From contig CAWIHH010000004.1 in NCBI GenBank assembly GCA_963835925.1, positions 282,111 through 346,110 of the forward strand: a stretch of 64,000 nt of DNA, written 5' to 3'. The notes beneath the pieces are model-generated. The model saw nothing but the letters and a program-made list of their open reading frames with translations, did not search any database and was not told the origin of the DNA. The position numbers and the translations under genes are program-made. Source of the stretch: Candidatus Bathyarchaeota archaeon (GTDB lineage: Archaea; Thermoproteota; Bathyarchaeia; 40CM-2-53-6). This document shows positions 43,191 to 53,705 of this stretch, piece by piece (position 1 is the stretch's first letter; the number at the start of each line of letters is the position of its first letter).

Positions 43191-43489
43191 ATGAGCACGA
43201 ACGCTCCCGCTAATGGCGATTCCACGCCTGTCCAGAAGGGTGAAGATGACAAGTACCTCGTAGACATATTCACGCCGCCCAAAGCCCTCCCGTCGCCTAA
43301 GGAATCATTGGAGGCAGTCAAGGGCTCAGTCAAAGGCAAGATGCTAGCCCGCATGAAGAAGGACGGGTAGACTGCCCTGTCAAGCTGAAGGCCGTGTCCT
43401 TCCTTGAATGTTTCACCTGTCCGAATTTCAATCGGAGGGTCAGGGGAAAGGTTGGCTGCAGAGGTCTTCCTCTTGCGCCCAAGCAGTAA
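43191..43489 (+). CDS. Small four-Cys zinc-finger protein (about 99 aa, one frameshift)
   Basis: MSTNAPANG...YLVDIFTPPKALPSPKES...MKKDG|VDCPVKLKAVSFLECFTCPNFNRRVRGKVGCRGLPLAPKQ*; TATA-like TTTATC at 43153. The span is 299 nt, one short of 100 codons. Confidence 0.75.
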
Positions 43490-43491
43490 TC

Positions 43492-44519
43492 TTGACTACG
43501 GTGAGAAAATATACGACCTCTGAGGGGTGGGCTGCGCCTACTCTCGCAACTCTTGCTAATGATAGCGATAGTTGGAGGATTAGTGTGGTATGTGGGCATC
43601 AATACGTTGGTCACGGTAATCACCAGGACCAACCCGCTATATTTCGTGTTCGCGATTCTTGCATATTTCCTGATCAACGTATTGTTCACCGTAAGAATAA
43701 TCAGAGTTCTAAGAAAGCAAGGAATCAAGGCGACCTTCGGTAGAACACTCCTAGCACACTACAGTGGCATGCTGACTAGCGATGTTACCCCCGGAAGATC
43801 TGGATATGTCCTCACGCCGATTTATCTGAAGAATCAGAGCATTGAGACGTCAGCGAGCCTTTCGTGCGTTCTCGGCATCCAGTCGATTGAGTTTCTCGTA
43901 AAGGTTATTGGCGGAGCCTTGGCCTTGATCTACCTCTTCACTCAAACAACCTTCACGCGGCAGCTTTTGTGGATCGGCGGCATAGGGGTTGGGCTGATGA
44001 TGCTCGGAGGTTTTGCACTGGCGGCAATAATTTGGTCACCCAGCGCAGCGGCAATAATCCGCAAGATCGCTTCTTGGAAATTTCTCGCTCGGTTCACGGG
44101 TGGCGTGATGGGGAAGTTGGAGGAGTTTGGAGAGAACCGTGATGAAGGCTCGGAGTATGATTCCTGAGATTGCGTTGGTTTCCACATTTTCTTGGATTCT
44201 GAAGGGTTTCGAATGGTACTTCCTAGGCTTGGCCATCGGAATAACTAACATTGGTTGGCTGGGCTTTTTCCTAATGCATCCTCTCATAACCGCGTTTGGG
44301 TTTGTCCCCCTCACGCCCTCCGGCATAGGCTTCCAGGAGGGTGCGATCGTGGGAATCTTTCTGCTGCTGGGAGTCGATATCCGGTTGGCGCTGGCGTTTG
44401 CAATTCTTTCGCGAGGATTACTGATAATAGAGGACCTGATTGGAGTGCCCCAAATTGCGAGATCTGTTCAACTTGGACTCTTCGCTACGACGAAGCTAGT
44501 GGCCCGTGACGGCCAATAG
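43492..44519 (+). CDS. UPF0104 / lysylphosphatidylglycerol-synthase TM domain membrane protein (frameshifted)
   Basis: SDVTPGRSG, PLTPSGIGFQEG, ILSRG; multi-TM. Confidence 0.85.
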
Positions 44520-44700
44520 TTCCAGGCCGCACCTAGCGTGGCTGGCTGAGTTCGGGCGGTCCTGAACGGAAGGCCCCACGAACTAACCGGTGTTGACGCC
44601 GTATTACAAAACCCAGTAACCGCAACGCACGTCAATTTCGTTGGCTCAGCAAATCTCCGTGACGCGACATCGTAAGCTCCCGCGCTATGGTCACGTCGTT
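44486..44700 (-). ncRNA. Candidate structured non-coding RNA, unidentified
   Basis: Four consecutive hairpins plus a possible closing helix, folded by eye. Several non-Watson-Crick positions are G-U on the minus strand. No convincing ORF. Confidence 0.3.
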
Positions 44701-44810
44701 TGTTTCTCATGCAGCGTGCATGATCGGTACTTACGAGTGAGCACTTTTGAGCATTACCCAAACAGAGTTATTCTTGAAATGATGAACAAGGCAGAGGCAA
44801 GAGAATCCCA

Positions 44811-45563
44811 ATGCAACGAATCGCAGGCCTTTGTAACAGTTATCGCAAGATCAGGACATTTCTAGAAGAGGACTATGATCTCGTGAAGGCGCTACTAGAC
44901 AACAATTATGAGGCCCATGAGAGATTTCAGCGGAGAGAGTTTTTTCGAAGAGCCTTTGTTGCATTGTCTTTCAACGGGATAGATGGAGATTACGCTGAAT
45001 TTGGTGTCGGACCTACCTCATTTCCTTTGGCTTTTAGTGAATCGCGCAGAGCAAACTACCGTTGTCATCTATGGGCGTTTGATTCCTTTCAAGGTCTTCC
45101 TCGCCCTCAGGGTCTGGAAGATGAGCACCCCAAATGGAGAGAGGGCTGGTTGAGGACACCACTCGACCAGTTCAAAGACATATGCCTTCGGAACGGAATT
45201 CCAGAAAGAGACTACGATATTGTTCCAGGTTTCTTTCAAGATACGATAAGCATTGAGAAGCCTAGCAGCGTTCTTCCGACAAACATATCATTGGCATACA
45301 TTGATTGTGATCTTTACAGTTCTACCAAAGCTGTTCTCAAGTTTCTCTCCAGTAGACTCAAGCAGGGGATGATTATTGCCTTCGACGATTACTATTGCTG
45401 GACTAAGTTAACAATTTCTGGGGAACGCAGAGCATCAACAGAATTCTTCGACGGAAACGAAAAGTTTGCCTTGATTCCATACTGCCAGTACGGCTGGGGG
45501 TCAATGTCATTTGTAGTTGAAGACAAGACGCCTCTAGGCAAGAGAGCAGCTGATTTGAATTGA
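44811..45563 (+). CDS. TylF/MycF/NovP-family O-methyltransferase
   Basis: GDYAEFGV, AFDSFQGLP, GFFQDT, YIDCDLYSST, FDDYY. Confidence 0.88.
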   Translation: MQRIAGLCNSYRKIRTFLEEDYDLVKALLDNNYEAHERFQRREFFRRAFVALSFNGIDGDYAEFGVGPTSFPLAFSESRRANYRCHLWAFDSFQGLPRPQGLEDEHPKWREGWLRTPLDQFKDICLRNGIPERDYDIVPGFFQDTISIEKPSSVLPTNISLAYIDCDLYSSTKAVLKFLSSRLKQGMIIAFDDYYCWTKLTISGERRASTEFFDGNEKFALIPYCQYGWGSMSFVVEDKTPLGKRAADLN

Positions 45564-46369
45564 GCAAGACCTCGATTATGCGAGATTTCTTTTACACTGG
45601 TTTGTTGCATCCAGCTGATAGTCTAAAATTTTTGTTCGGTGACAAAATGGCGAGAAATCAGATCATTTCAAAACACAGCAAGAAGCGCCAATACACTCGC
45701 ATAGCCAAGATATGTGCAACAACCGAGTCCGTGGTCCGCGAATACTTCAATGAAGCAGAGGCTGACACAGTATGCCTGAGCACGAAGAAGGTGGCCGGTT
45801 CCTTAGGTCGATGTTTGGGCCAGGTAGGCTCACCAGAAGTGCTATACACTCTATGCAGAATCATCAAACCCTTACGGGTTGTCGAGACCGGCGTGGCATC
45901 GGGACTATCTTCTGCCTTTATTCTGGAAGCAATTCGCAAGAACAGAAAAGGGAGACTCTATTCGATTGACATGCCAGACTATGAAGAGACATTGGCACAA
46001 TACAATGTCAAACCGTATTATCACAACTCGCCAGGAATTTTACCTCCGGGACTTAAAACTGGTTGGATTGTTCCAGAAGAACTGCGATCAAACTGGACTC
46101 TTGAGATAGGCTTAACCTCTGAAAAACTACCGATCGTCCTAGACGACTTAAAAGAAATTGATATTTTTCTTCACGACAGTGAACACACATACGAAAACAT
46201 GTATTGGGAATACTTCACTGCTTGGAAGCATTTGGGTATCGACGGGATTTTGCTTTCACATGATGTCACCACATATAAATGGAACAGAGCATTCGCAGAT
46301 TTCGCTAAGAAAGTCAAACAAAAACAGGTAATCATAGGGGAGCTTGGCGCGTTGAAGAAGAGCCAGTAG
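45560..46369 (+). CDS. Class I SAM-dependent methyltransferase (Methyltransf_24-like)
   Basis: VVETGVASGLSS, LYSID, DIFLHDSEH, SHDV. Confidence 0.88.
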   Translation: MSKTSIMRDFFYTGLLHPADSLKFLFGDKMARNQIISKHSKKRQYTRIAKICATTESVVREYFNEAEADTVCLSTKKVAGSLGRCLGQVGSPEVLYTLCRIIKPLRVVETGVASGLSSAFILEAIRKNRKGRLYSIDMPDYEETLAQYNVKPYYHNSPGILPPGLKTGWIVPEELRSNWTLEIGLTSEKLPIVLDDLKEIDIFLHDSEHTYENMYWEYFTAWKHLGIDGILLSHDVTTYKWNRAFADFAKKVKQKQVIIGELGALKKSQ

Positions 46370-46371
46370 GC

Positions 46372-47503
46372 TCACCCAGCGATATCAGATAAACAATCCG
46401 CGAACCTCTTCCGGAACTCCGCAGTTTCGAATCTTTGTATATGGTGTTTCAGCTTCTGGTAAAGATGATCGAATTCTCCACTGAGGGCTTCACGTATTTT
46501 TTCTTGAGCTTCCTGAATTGTATCAAAACGAAGTTCATCATACGGGACAATCTCTGAAACACCCCCCTCATTTCGCACAACAGGAATGCAGCCAGCAGCT
46601 ATGGCCTCCACAACGGAAATCCCGAACGGCTCTGCATCCGCAGTATGTAGGAAAACCTTGCTCGATGCGAGGATTTTCTTTGCCTCTATTTGTGACACGT
46701 TCGGAAAGAACTCTGTGCGATCATTTCCTCGGACGGCTGCTCTCAATTGTGCGAGATGAGCAATTTCTCTGTATGTGACCGAGCGGCCAATCATCCTCAA
46801 TCTTTCATCTAAACCACGAGCGATTTTCAACTGTAGATCATGCCTCTTCCACGTCTCAAATCTACTTAGGCTGGCAACTCCAGTACGCAGTTCGGAATTG
46901 GAGCCAATTGACCAAATCGGTATGTCGACCGGCGGGTAGATGACGATTGGATTCAAGTCCGCAGACAGTCGTTCAATGATCCTATTCCTTGTGTAATTGC
47001 TGTTAGCGATATGGACCTGCACTCGTTTCCATCTATGAACAAATGTGCGAGCAAGCACTCTGATTGGAGCAAGGTAAATCTCTTCTAGGTTACTGTGCTT
47101 GTTCCTCAACCACGAAAGGTCACTGGGAAGAAGGTTCCAATACACTATGTCGGGCAGTCTCAGGTATGGCGCAAGATGACTGCTAAGAAACGGCACCATG
47201 TCAACGAAAAGATCACACGGTCCGATTCGTTTGTCCAAGACACTCCTAGCCAAGTCCAAGTAAATCCCCCCTCTTCTAAGGCCATACGCTCTGCCTGTAA
47301 GATGGGACCCTGGTAACCCGCAATCGACATCGAGCACTGACTGTGTGGCCAAGACCCGCGGCAAGGTCTATCGGCTTGAAATCGGCGACCAAGTAAAGAT
47401 CAACCGTCCAGCCAAGATCTGCCAGAACCTCAATCGTTTCAAGCGTTACCCTTTCGCTGCCGCCCATCGGAAGCATATGTGAATTGTAAATCGCAGCAAT
47501 CAT
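46372..47503 (-). CDS. GT4 glycosyltransferase (frameshifted)
   Basis: GGSERVT, ANSNYT, VIYPPVD, EPFGISVVEAIAAG. Confidence 0.88.
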
Positions 47504-47960
47504 AGCGTTACCTGAAATTATTGCCTTTGAAACTGTTACAAAGAGCCTGGGAGGTTAAAGCTGTTCCGAGAATCTTACTGTCTTAGGGAAGCAGGAACTC
47601 ATTCTTAGTTCAAGAGTTATAGAAAGTTATAGCATCCGTGACGCCCATATTTTGACAGAGTTAGAGACCAAGTCATTTGGTTCACAACTGAAACAAAGAT
47701 TAAAATGAGGATTCCTTTCCCATGGCAAAAAGCTCCTAGATCGAGTGGGACGCTAAGGCTGCAAAGCTATCTGCCCCTAATGCTTGCTATCCACGCATTC
47801 TTGACCAAATCTATCGACGGTGGAAAGCCTGTCCCAATGACATCGCCCTTTTCATTGTTAATATATCATGATATGTTGCCTCAGCGCTGCTACGATTGGT
47901 AGAAACTCTACACTAAGAAGCTATAATCGGGCAACACTCATCGAGGGAGCCTGATGAGGC

Positions 47961-49106
47961 TCAGAAGAAGCCATCGGTCAAGAAGGCCCACCATCCTACG
48001 AAGCACAGTGCCAGAAATGTGATGACTGCACAATAAAATAGCCACTTTCTCTTTGTGCCAAGGGCCAATGCTATTGGAAAAATGAAGGCGAGGTAGCGTG
48101 GAGATGATCCGAAACTAGGAAAGAAACCGAAGTAGAGTATTACCGAAAGAGATACCACTGAATAGAGCCCAAGGGCAGGCTCCATCTTCCACACTACGAG
48201 CGAAAATAGAGCAACGAGTAAAACAGATACCAGTGCAGCAAGCGCATTCGGAAAATACTTCCACAGAAAAGAGAGCAATACTTGGAGTGAGTCAAGCCTA
48301 CTCTGAGCAAGTTCGATTAGTGCAGTGCGGAAGATAATTGAATTCTGGCTGCTCCAAAAAATGCGAGCAGCGAACACAGCTAACGAACCCGTCTTAGAAT
48401 ATGCATAGATTAGCCAACCCGTCAGCGCGCTTGTTGGGATGGCTAAGCATGCTAGCTTCCTAAATTCCCGGCGGCGCAGAAAGTTGTAGGCAAGGGGGAG
48501 CGCTATGAGAATCCCATACGACCTGGTAAGTGTACAGAAGCCGGCGGCAAGACATGCCCTTACCTCTTTGCCCTGCAAATGATAATTCCAAGATAGAAGA
48601 GATAGAAGAAGAAATACCGATTCCGAATAGCTCACGCCTGAGAACACAAAGACCGGGGGAAATAGAAAGTAAAGCAACGCGGCCTCGAAGGCTTGTTCGG
48701 GCGGAAGGTATTTGCCTGCGATTTTCAGAAGCAACGGGATACTCACCAATCCGGCAATCGTAGCAACAACAAACGCCCCCACTGGCACGTCGATTCCGAC
48801 GAGGTAGAGCGCCCTGACGATGGATGGATAGAGCGGAAAGAAAGCCCATTGTGGTGACAATGACGAAGGATACCAGTATTGGGCTATTGAATAGTAGTAC
48901 GCCGAATCCCATGCAGAAAAAAGGTAGAGCCAATCGAAGGGAAGTTTCACCGCCCCCATGAACGGCACGTTGAATATGCCCTTCGTTCTGAGCGCATTGT
49001 AAAGAAATGAAACACAAATAATTCGTATGGATATTACAAATCCAATGCAAAAGGAGGCACTGCGCTTGTATGCTGCGGAAATGTTCAATGCCCAACGCAC
49101 CAGCAA
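47961..49106 (-). CDS. GT-C mannosyltransferase, PIG-V/GPI18-like
   Basis: WDSAYYYSIAQYWY, WAFFPLYP, YSESVFLL, TRSYG and PRY in a polytopic membrane protein. Confidence 0.82.
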   Translation of the reverse strand: MLVRWALNISAAYKRSASFCIGFVISIRIICVSFLYNALRTKGIFNVPFMGAVKLPFDWLYLFSAWDSAYYYSIAQYWYPSSLSPQWAFFPLYPSIVRALYLVGIDVPVGAFVVATIAGLVSIPLLLKIAGKYLPPEQAFEAALLYFLFPPVFVFSGVSYSESVFLLLSLLSWNYHLQGKEVRACLAAGFCTLTRSYGILIALPLAYNFLRRREFRKLACLAIPTSALTGWLIYAYSKTGSLAVFAARIFWSSQNSIIFRTALIELAQSRLDSLQVLLSFLWKYFPNALAALVSVLLVALFSLVVWKMEPALGLYSVVSLSVILYFGFFPSFGSSPRYLAFIFPIALALGTKRKWLFYCAVITFLALCFVGWWAFLTDGFF

Positions 49107-49397
49107 TTGTCCTCGCGGTTGTACCTCAAAGGGCTCACACTTCCGACCATTTTACAAGCGAGTTTGACACTTAAGTCCACTCGAGCACCCAGTCATGCGA
49201 GACAGCTAAGATCACAGAAAATGAATGACAGATTCGAGTTAAGTATCTTGACTTCATAGCAATTAGTGAGTCGTCAATTATGACGACTGTGATGTGACCA
49301 TGAAAGTAAGGTTGCATAACTTAGTTGGCATGTTTCTCGGTTAATTAGTTGAAATGCTTAGAGGCTATCAAAGACGTCCATACGGACGGATAAGATC

Positions 49398-50552
49398 ATG
49401 AATATCGCAGTGGTAAACAGCTTCTTTCCGCCTTGGCGCGGAGGCGCAGAGACCTACGCGTACAACCTTTCCAAGGCATTGGCAAGGCGCAGGCATAATG
49501 TTACTGTTTTGTGTGGAAGCGATCCACTCCCACCTGGAACAGGCAACCAAGATGGTATACGAATCAGACGCCTAAGGATTCTTGGGAGGCTCTACGGGAC
49601 ACCAATAATGCCAGGCTTGGCGATGGAGTTGTATCATCTTGACGTGGATATCTTTCACGCAAATTTCCCCAGTCCTTACATAGCCTTCAATGTGGCACTC
49701 GCATCCGGATGCAAATCCGTCCCGGCAGTGCTAACTTGGCACAATGACTTACCCCCCGTGACGGCGGGGGCGAGATTTCTTATCGAGGCTCATGATAGGT
49801 TCGTCCTCCCAAACTATCTTCGGCCTTATCGAAGAATCATCTCCACCTCCCAAACCTACGCCAAACGTTCACGAATCCTGAAATCGCTTCACGGCTTAGT
49901 CACAGTTGTCCCGAATGGCGTCGACTGCGAACGTTACAATCCAAAAGTCAGTGGCAAGGAGATCAGGAAAAGCCTGAGTTTAGGCCAGAAGTTCACCTTT
50001 CTCTTTGTCGGGGCCTTGACAAAGTGGCATGGCTACAAAGGATTGGATGTCCTCATGGAGGCGTTGAGGATCACTGGCAAGACTTGCCCTGACATGAGGC
50101 TCATTGTGGTTGGCGATGGAGATCTAAAGGAGTCCTATCGAGCACTTTGCGTGAGGTACGGCCTTTCGAGAATGATGATTTTCGCAGGGAACATCCCAGA
50201 CGATAAGTTGGCTCAGTATTATGCTGCTGCGGATGCGTTGGTCCTACCGAGCAAGGATATGTCGGAAGGCTTCGGGCTTACGCTCCTCGAAGCCAATGCA
50301 ACTGGAAAACCAGTAGTCGCCAGCACTGTTGGAGGAATTCCCAGCGTAGTAAAAGATGGATATAATGGGCTGTTGGTCCAACCCAACGACCCCAAGCAAC
50401 TCGCCCAAGCCCTCTTGAAACTCGAAAAGGACCGCGCCTGGACACGAGTGCTGGGAAGGAATGGTAGGATATTCGCTGAATCGCACGATTGGAGCACCAC
50501 CGCGGCTCAAACAGAAGAAATTTACAAGGAAATTCTCTCGAATCGTTCTTGA
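49398..50552 (+). CDS. GT4 glycosyltransferase
   Basis: GGAETY, VPNGVD, KGLDVL, EGFGLTLLEA. Confidence 0.93.
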   Translation: MNIAVVNSFFPPWRGGAETYAYNLSKALARRRHNVTVLCGSDPLPPGTGNQDGIRIRRLRILGRLYGTPIMPGLAMELYHLDVDIFHANFPSPYIAFNVALASGCKSVPAVLTWHNDLPPVTAGARFLIEAHDRFVLPNYLRPYRRIISTSQTYAKRSRILKSLHGLVTVVPNGVDCERYNPKVSGKEIRKSLSLGQKFTFLFVGALTKWHGYKGLDVLMEALRITGKTCPDMRLIVVGDGDLKESYRALCVRYGLSRMMIFAGNIPDDKLAQYYAAADALVLPSKDMSEGFGLTLLEANATGKPVVASTVGGIPSVVKDGYNGLLVQPNDPKQLAQALLKLEKDRAWTRVLGRNGRIFAESHDWSTTAAQTEEIYKEILSNRS

Positions 50553-51456
50553 CTCGGTTTCCGCGACTAATGCTTCTCGGACTACTGTGATTAGTGTGAA
50601 TAGGATTATGCCGGTAAAGAGAGCGAGTAATCCTATGATGCCGGATGCGACAGCAATGAGCGCGAGGTTCGTTATCACTCGCCCCCAATGTTGATAGTAG
50701 TCAATTGTCATGAAACCAAATATGGAAGATACGATCAGACTAGCCGCAGCGAATCCGCCGTAGAAGAGCAAGGGGTGCCTAATTGAGACAAATTTCACTA
50801 GGCTGAAGAGTACGTCCAGCCAGTGCATAATAGGATTATGTGATGACGATTTGAGGTCAGCATATTTTGCGGTGATGGGCACCTCGACAATTTTCATGCC
50901 CGCTCGATGCGCACGCATTATTATCTCCGAGTCGATGCCCATCCCGAACTCGGTTGCCATCAATTCTTCGATCGCCTTTCTGGAGTAGGCTCTGAAGCCG
51001 CTCTGTGTGTCCACGATCCGTTCATCTGCTCTTACCTGCGTGGACATGTCGAGCATCCTCCCTCCAAGCCATCTATGTCTAGGCATGTCGGCGGGTCTGG
51101 TTGTTCGAGCCCCTATAGCTACGTCTGCTCCGGTCGTTCGCAAGCTATCTAGTAATGCGGGTATGCTGGATGGGTCATGTTGACCATCCCCATCCAAAGT
51201 TACTAGGACGTCTGCACCAATTTGCCGACGCCCACTGGAAACAATCGCGGATTGCGGCTCCCTTTCCCAGATTCTTCCCATGTCTCATAACAACGGCGCC
51301 AAGTTTTTCCGCAATTAGCGCGGTGTCGTCTTTGCTTCCGTCATCGACCACAAGAACTCGATCTGCAAGCATCTTTGAGCGTACAATGAGTTTTGCAATT
51401 GTTCGTTCTTCGTTTAGAGCTGGGATCCCAACAACTACTTCCAAACTGGACGCCAA
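50244..51456 (-). CDS. GT2 DPM1-like polyprenol-phosphate glycosyltransferase with C-terminal TM helices (frameshifted; true end probably near 50567)
   Basis: IPALNEE, VDDGSKD, NLGKG, LDGDGQH, DTQSGFRAY. Confidence 0.85.
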
Positions 51457-51535
51457 CTACTCGCCTTGAAGTTCTCCGTCGTGTATCAGGAGGATACTTA
51501 GGCTTAAAGGGCTATGCCGCTTAGTTGGCGGATGA

Positions 51536-52243
51536 GTGTCTTTGAAGGCGGCGATTCTCGCTGGGGGCGCCGGGACCAGGCTCTATCCAATAACGGCATA
51601 CGTGCCTAAAGCGTTGATTCCGATAGGCAACCGATACGTAATCGAGTACATTATCGATTATCTGAAACATCATGGAATCAACGATATTGTGATGTTGATC
51701 TCTGAAAACGAGTTCGAATTGATCCGGAATCATTTGGGAGATGGCGAAAGGTTCGGGGTAGGGATTGAGTATTCGGTCGCAGAGCGAATTGGCACAGCAG
51801 GAGCAATAGGCGCGGCTGCTGATCTGCTCGGCGATACATTCGTTCTCTACTATGGCGACGTTCTCACGGATATGGACTTGAAGGCGATGATGGATTTTCA
51901 CATTAAGAAGACATCGACCTGCACGCTCGCTATGAGTACAACTGTCCCGATGGACTATGGTGTGGCTCGGGTCGCGGACGATGGGAGAGTGACGTTTTTC
52001 GAGGAGAAACCGATCCTGAAGGAGTACCCGGTCAGCATGGGCATCGACATTGTGGAAAAGGACGAGGTTCTGTCTTACTGCAGACCGAAGATAGACTTTG
52101 CGCAGCACGTAGTCCCAAGCCTCCTTAGTGCCCGAAAGGCCGTATTTGCTTACCTCACGGATAAGCGGCATTATGATATCGGCACTTTCAAGAACCTAGA
52201 GGAAGTGCGTGATCTCCTAGAAAGGAACAAAACCCTATTTTGA
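51536..52243 (+). CDS. Sugar-1-phosphate nucleotidyltransferase (mannose-1-phosphate guanylyltransferase-like)
   Basis: ILAGGAGTRLYPIT..VPKAL, GTAGA, YGDVL, FEEKP, DIGT. Confidence 0.9.
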   Translation: MSLKAAILAGGAGTRLYPITAYVPKALIPIGNRYVIEYIIDYLKHHGINDIVMLISENEFELIRNHLGDGERFGVGIEYSVAERIGTAGAIGAAADLLGDTFVLYYGDVLTDMDLKAMMDFHIKKTSTCTLAMSTTVPMDYGVARVADDGRVTFFEEKPILKEYPVSMGIDIVEKDEVLSYCRPKIDFAQHVVPSLLSARKAVFAYLTDKRHYDIGTFKNLEEVRDLLERNKTLF

Positions 52244-52402
52244 ATCGCATGGAGAGAAGGCATAGAGAACCATGTGGTCCTTTCACATTTTGGGCGAATC
52301 GTGATCAGGGAGGGAAACTTCACCTACTCTGAAGCGCTGCAGGAGCCAAACCGTTCTTGTCGAGACACCCGGGGCTACATTGTAAAGTGCGGGGAATGAC
52401 CA

Positions 52403-53705
52403 ATGTTAGATCGTAGCACCAGACAGATAAGCAGAATCGCCAACGTACTTTCTCACGAACTGTCAGTTTTCGTTGAGAATCGCAGTGCGTTCCTGCTGCT
52501 AATGATCGTTACAGCAGTCCTGAAACTCTTACTCTCAGCGGCAGCTCCAGCGAGTCAGGATCTACAAGACATTACTGCCCCCATAGCTTTTCAATCTGGG
52601 GGGAACGACGCTGGGATCGCTTTGTACGTCGCTGATCTTCCGATTTTGGAGTTCAATATCGAACGCTAACCTGCAGGTGACAGACTTGCAACTAGCACTG
52701 ATGAATTGGTGGTCAACCCCTCCATTTCCAATCTTAAACGAATATCACCTCTTGTCTTTGCTTCTCCGCCTACCGATGTTCGTCTTCGATGTCGCTATTA
52801 CAGTCACATTGTACCTCATGGTTTCTAGACTTGCCTCGTTGCGGAAGGCGAGAGCAACCAGCATACTTTGGTTTTTGAATCCGTTCGCGATGTTCGCAAT
52901 CGAGTTGCTTGGGGTTCCAGACGTGATCGCTACGCTTCTGACTCTGTTAGCCGTCAGTTTCCTAGTTCGCAAACATGAGATCGTGGCGGGTACACTTCTT
53001 GCAGGCGGTATCTGGATCAAGTTATTTCCTATACTTCTGATTCCGCCAGTATTCCTCTATGCCAAAGAGAGATTGAAGACAAGCGTCAAGTCACTATCTA
53101 TAATGGGGGGGATAACGTTGTCTGGATTAGCGGCATATCTCAGCTGGGTTTTTCCGACGGGCGAATTCAGTCTGGCTCCCTTCACATCCTATTCGCCTAT
53201 TACGCAGCCAATGAGTGCGATGTTCGTGTTCGCTCCACCTAGCTATATCAGCGCGGCGTCGGTTGCGCTTGTTATTCTCTACTTCACCATGTGGCTCTTC
53301 GCCAAGAGAATCAGCGGGATCACTGACACAATCTTGCCCGTGCTGCTCGTTTACTATACGTTCTCTAACCCCTATCCACAGTACTTTCTTTGGGTCTTGC
53401 CATTTCTAACTCTAGATGTAATTTTGGTGAAGCGTGAACGGCTGAAGTTTCTCGTCATAACCCTCTGTTTGGCGCTTGGAGCGTGGTTCATCGAGAATAG
53501 TGGGTACCTGACACCGAGCGGTTACAGTCTCTTTCTGATACCGCTTGAAGGAAAAAACCTGCCCTGGTACACACAGCTGATTGACTCTTTCCTAAAGAGC
53601 CCCGCGGCAGGACTTGTGGAGCCCCTTCTTTTCTCGGCGCTATATGCATCGATTTTCATATACGCATTGGAAGTTGCTCGCGGCTGGTTTGTCTCGAGAC
53701 CATAA
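52403..53705 (+). CDS. GT-C membrane glycosyltransferase (GT87/PIG-M-like), frameshifted
   Basis: RLPMFVFD, WFLNP, PDVIA, IKLFP and PQYFLW in a polytopic protein. Confidence 0.7.

Noticed and set aside
43360..43375. TAG at 43368-43370 as a possible pyrrolysine readthrough
   Set aside because: The Cys-rich continuation is in a different frame and is restored by one extra G in a G-run; no pyl genes are seen.
44486..44603. 118-nt Y-shaped fold with UACGGCG/CGUCGUA ends and CCGAAC, resembling 5S rRNA
   Set aside because: CCGAAC is paired rather than in loop C, and the helix III and loop E (AGUA/GAA) signatures are missing. Kept only as an unidentified RNA candidate.
50244..50552. About 300-nt antisense overlap of the GT2 and GT4 genes
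   Set aside because: The GT2 tail after TVVRE is not protein-like and a TAG lies one frame away at 50567-50569, so this is probably an indel artefact.
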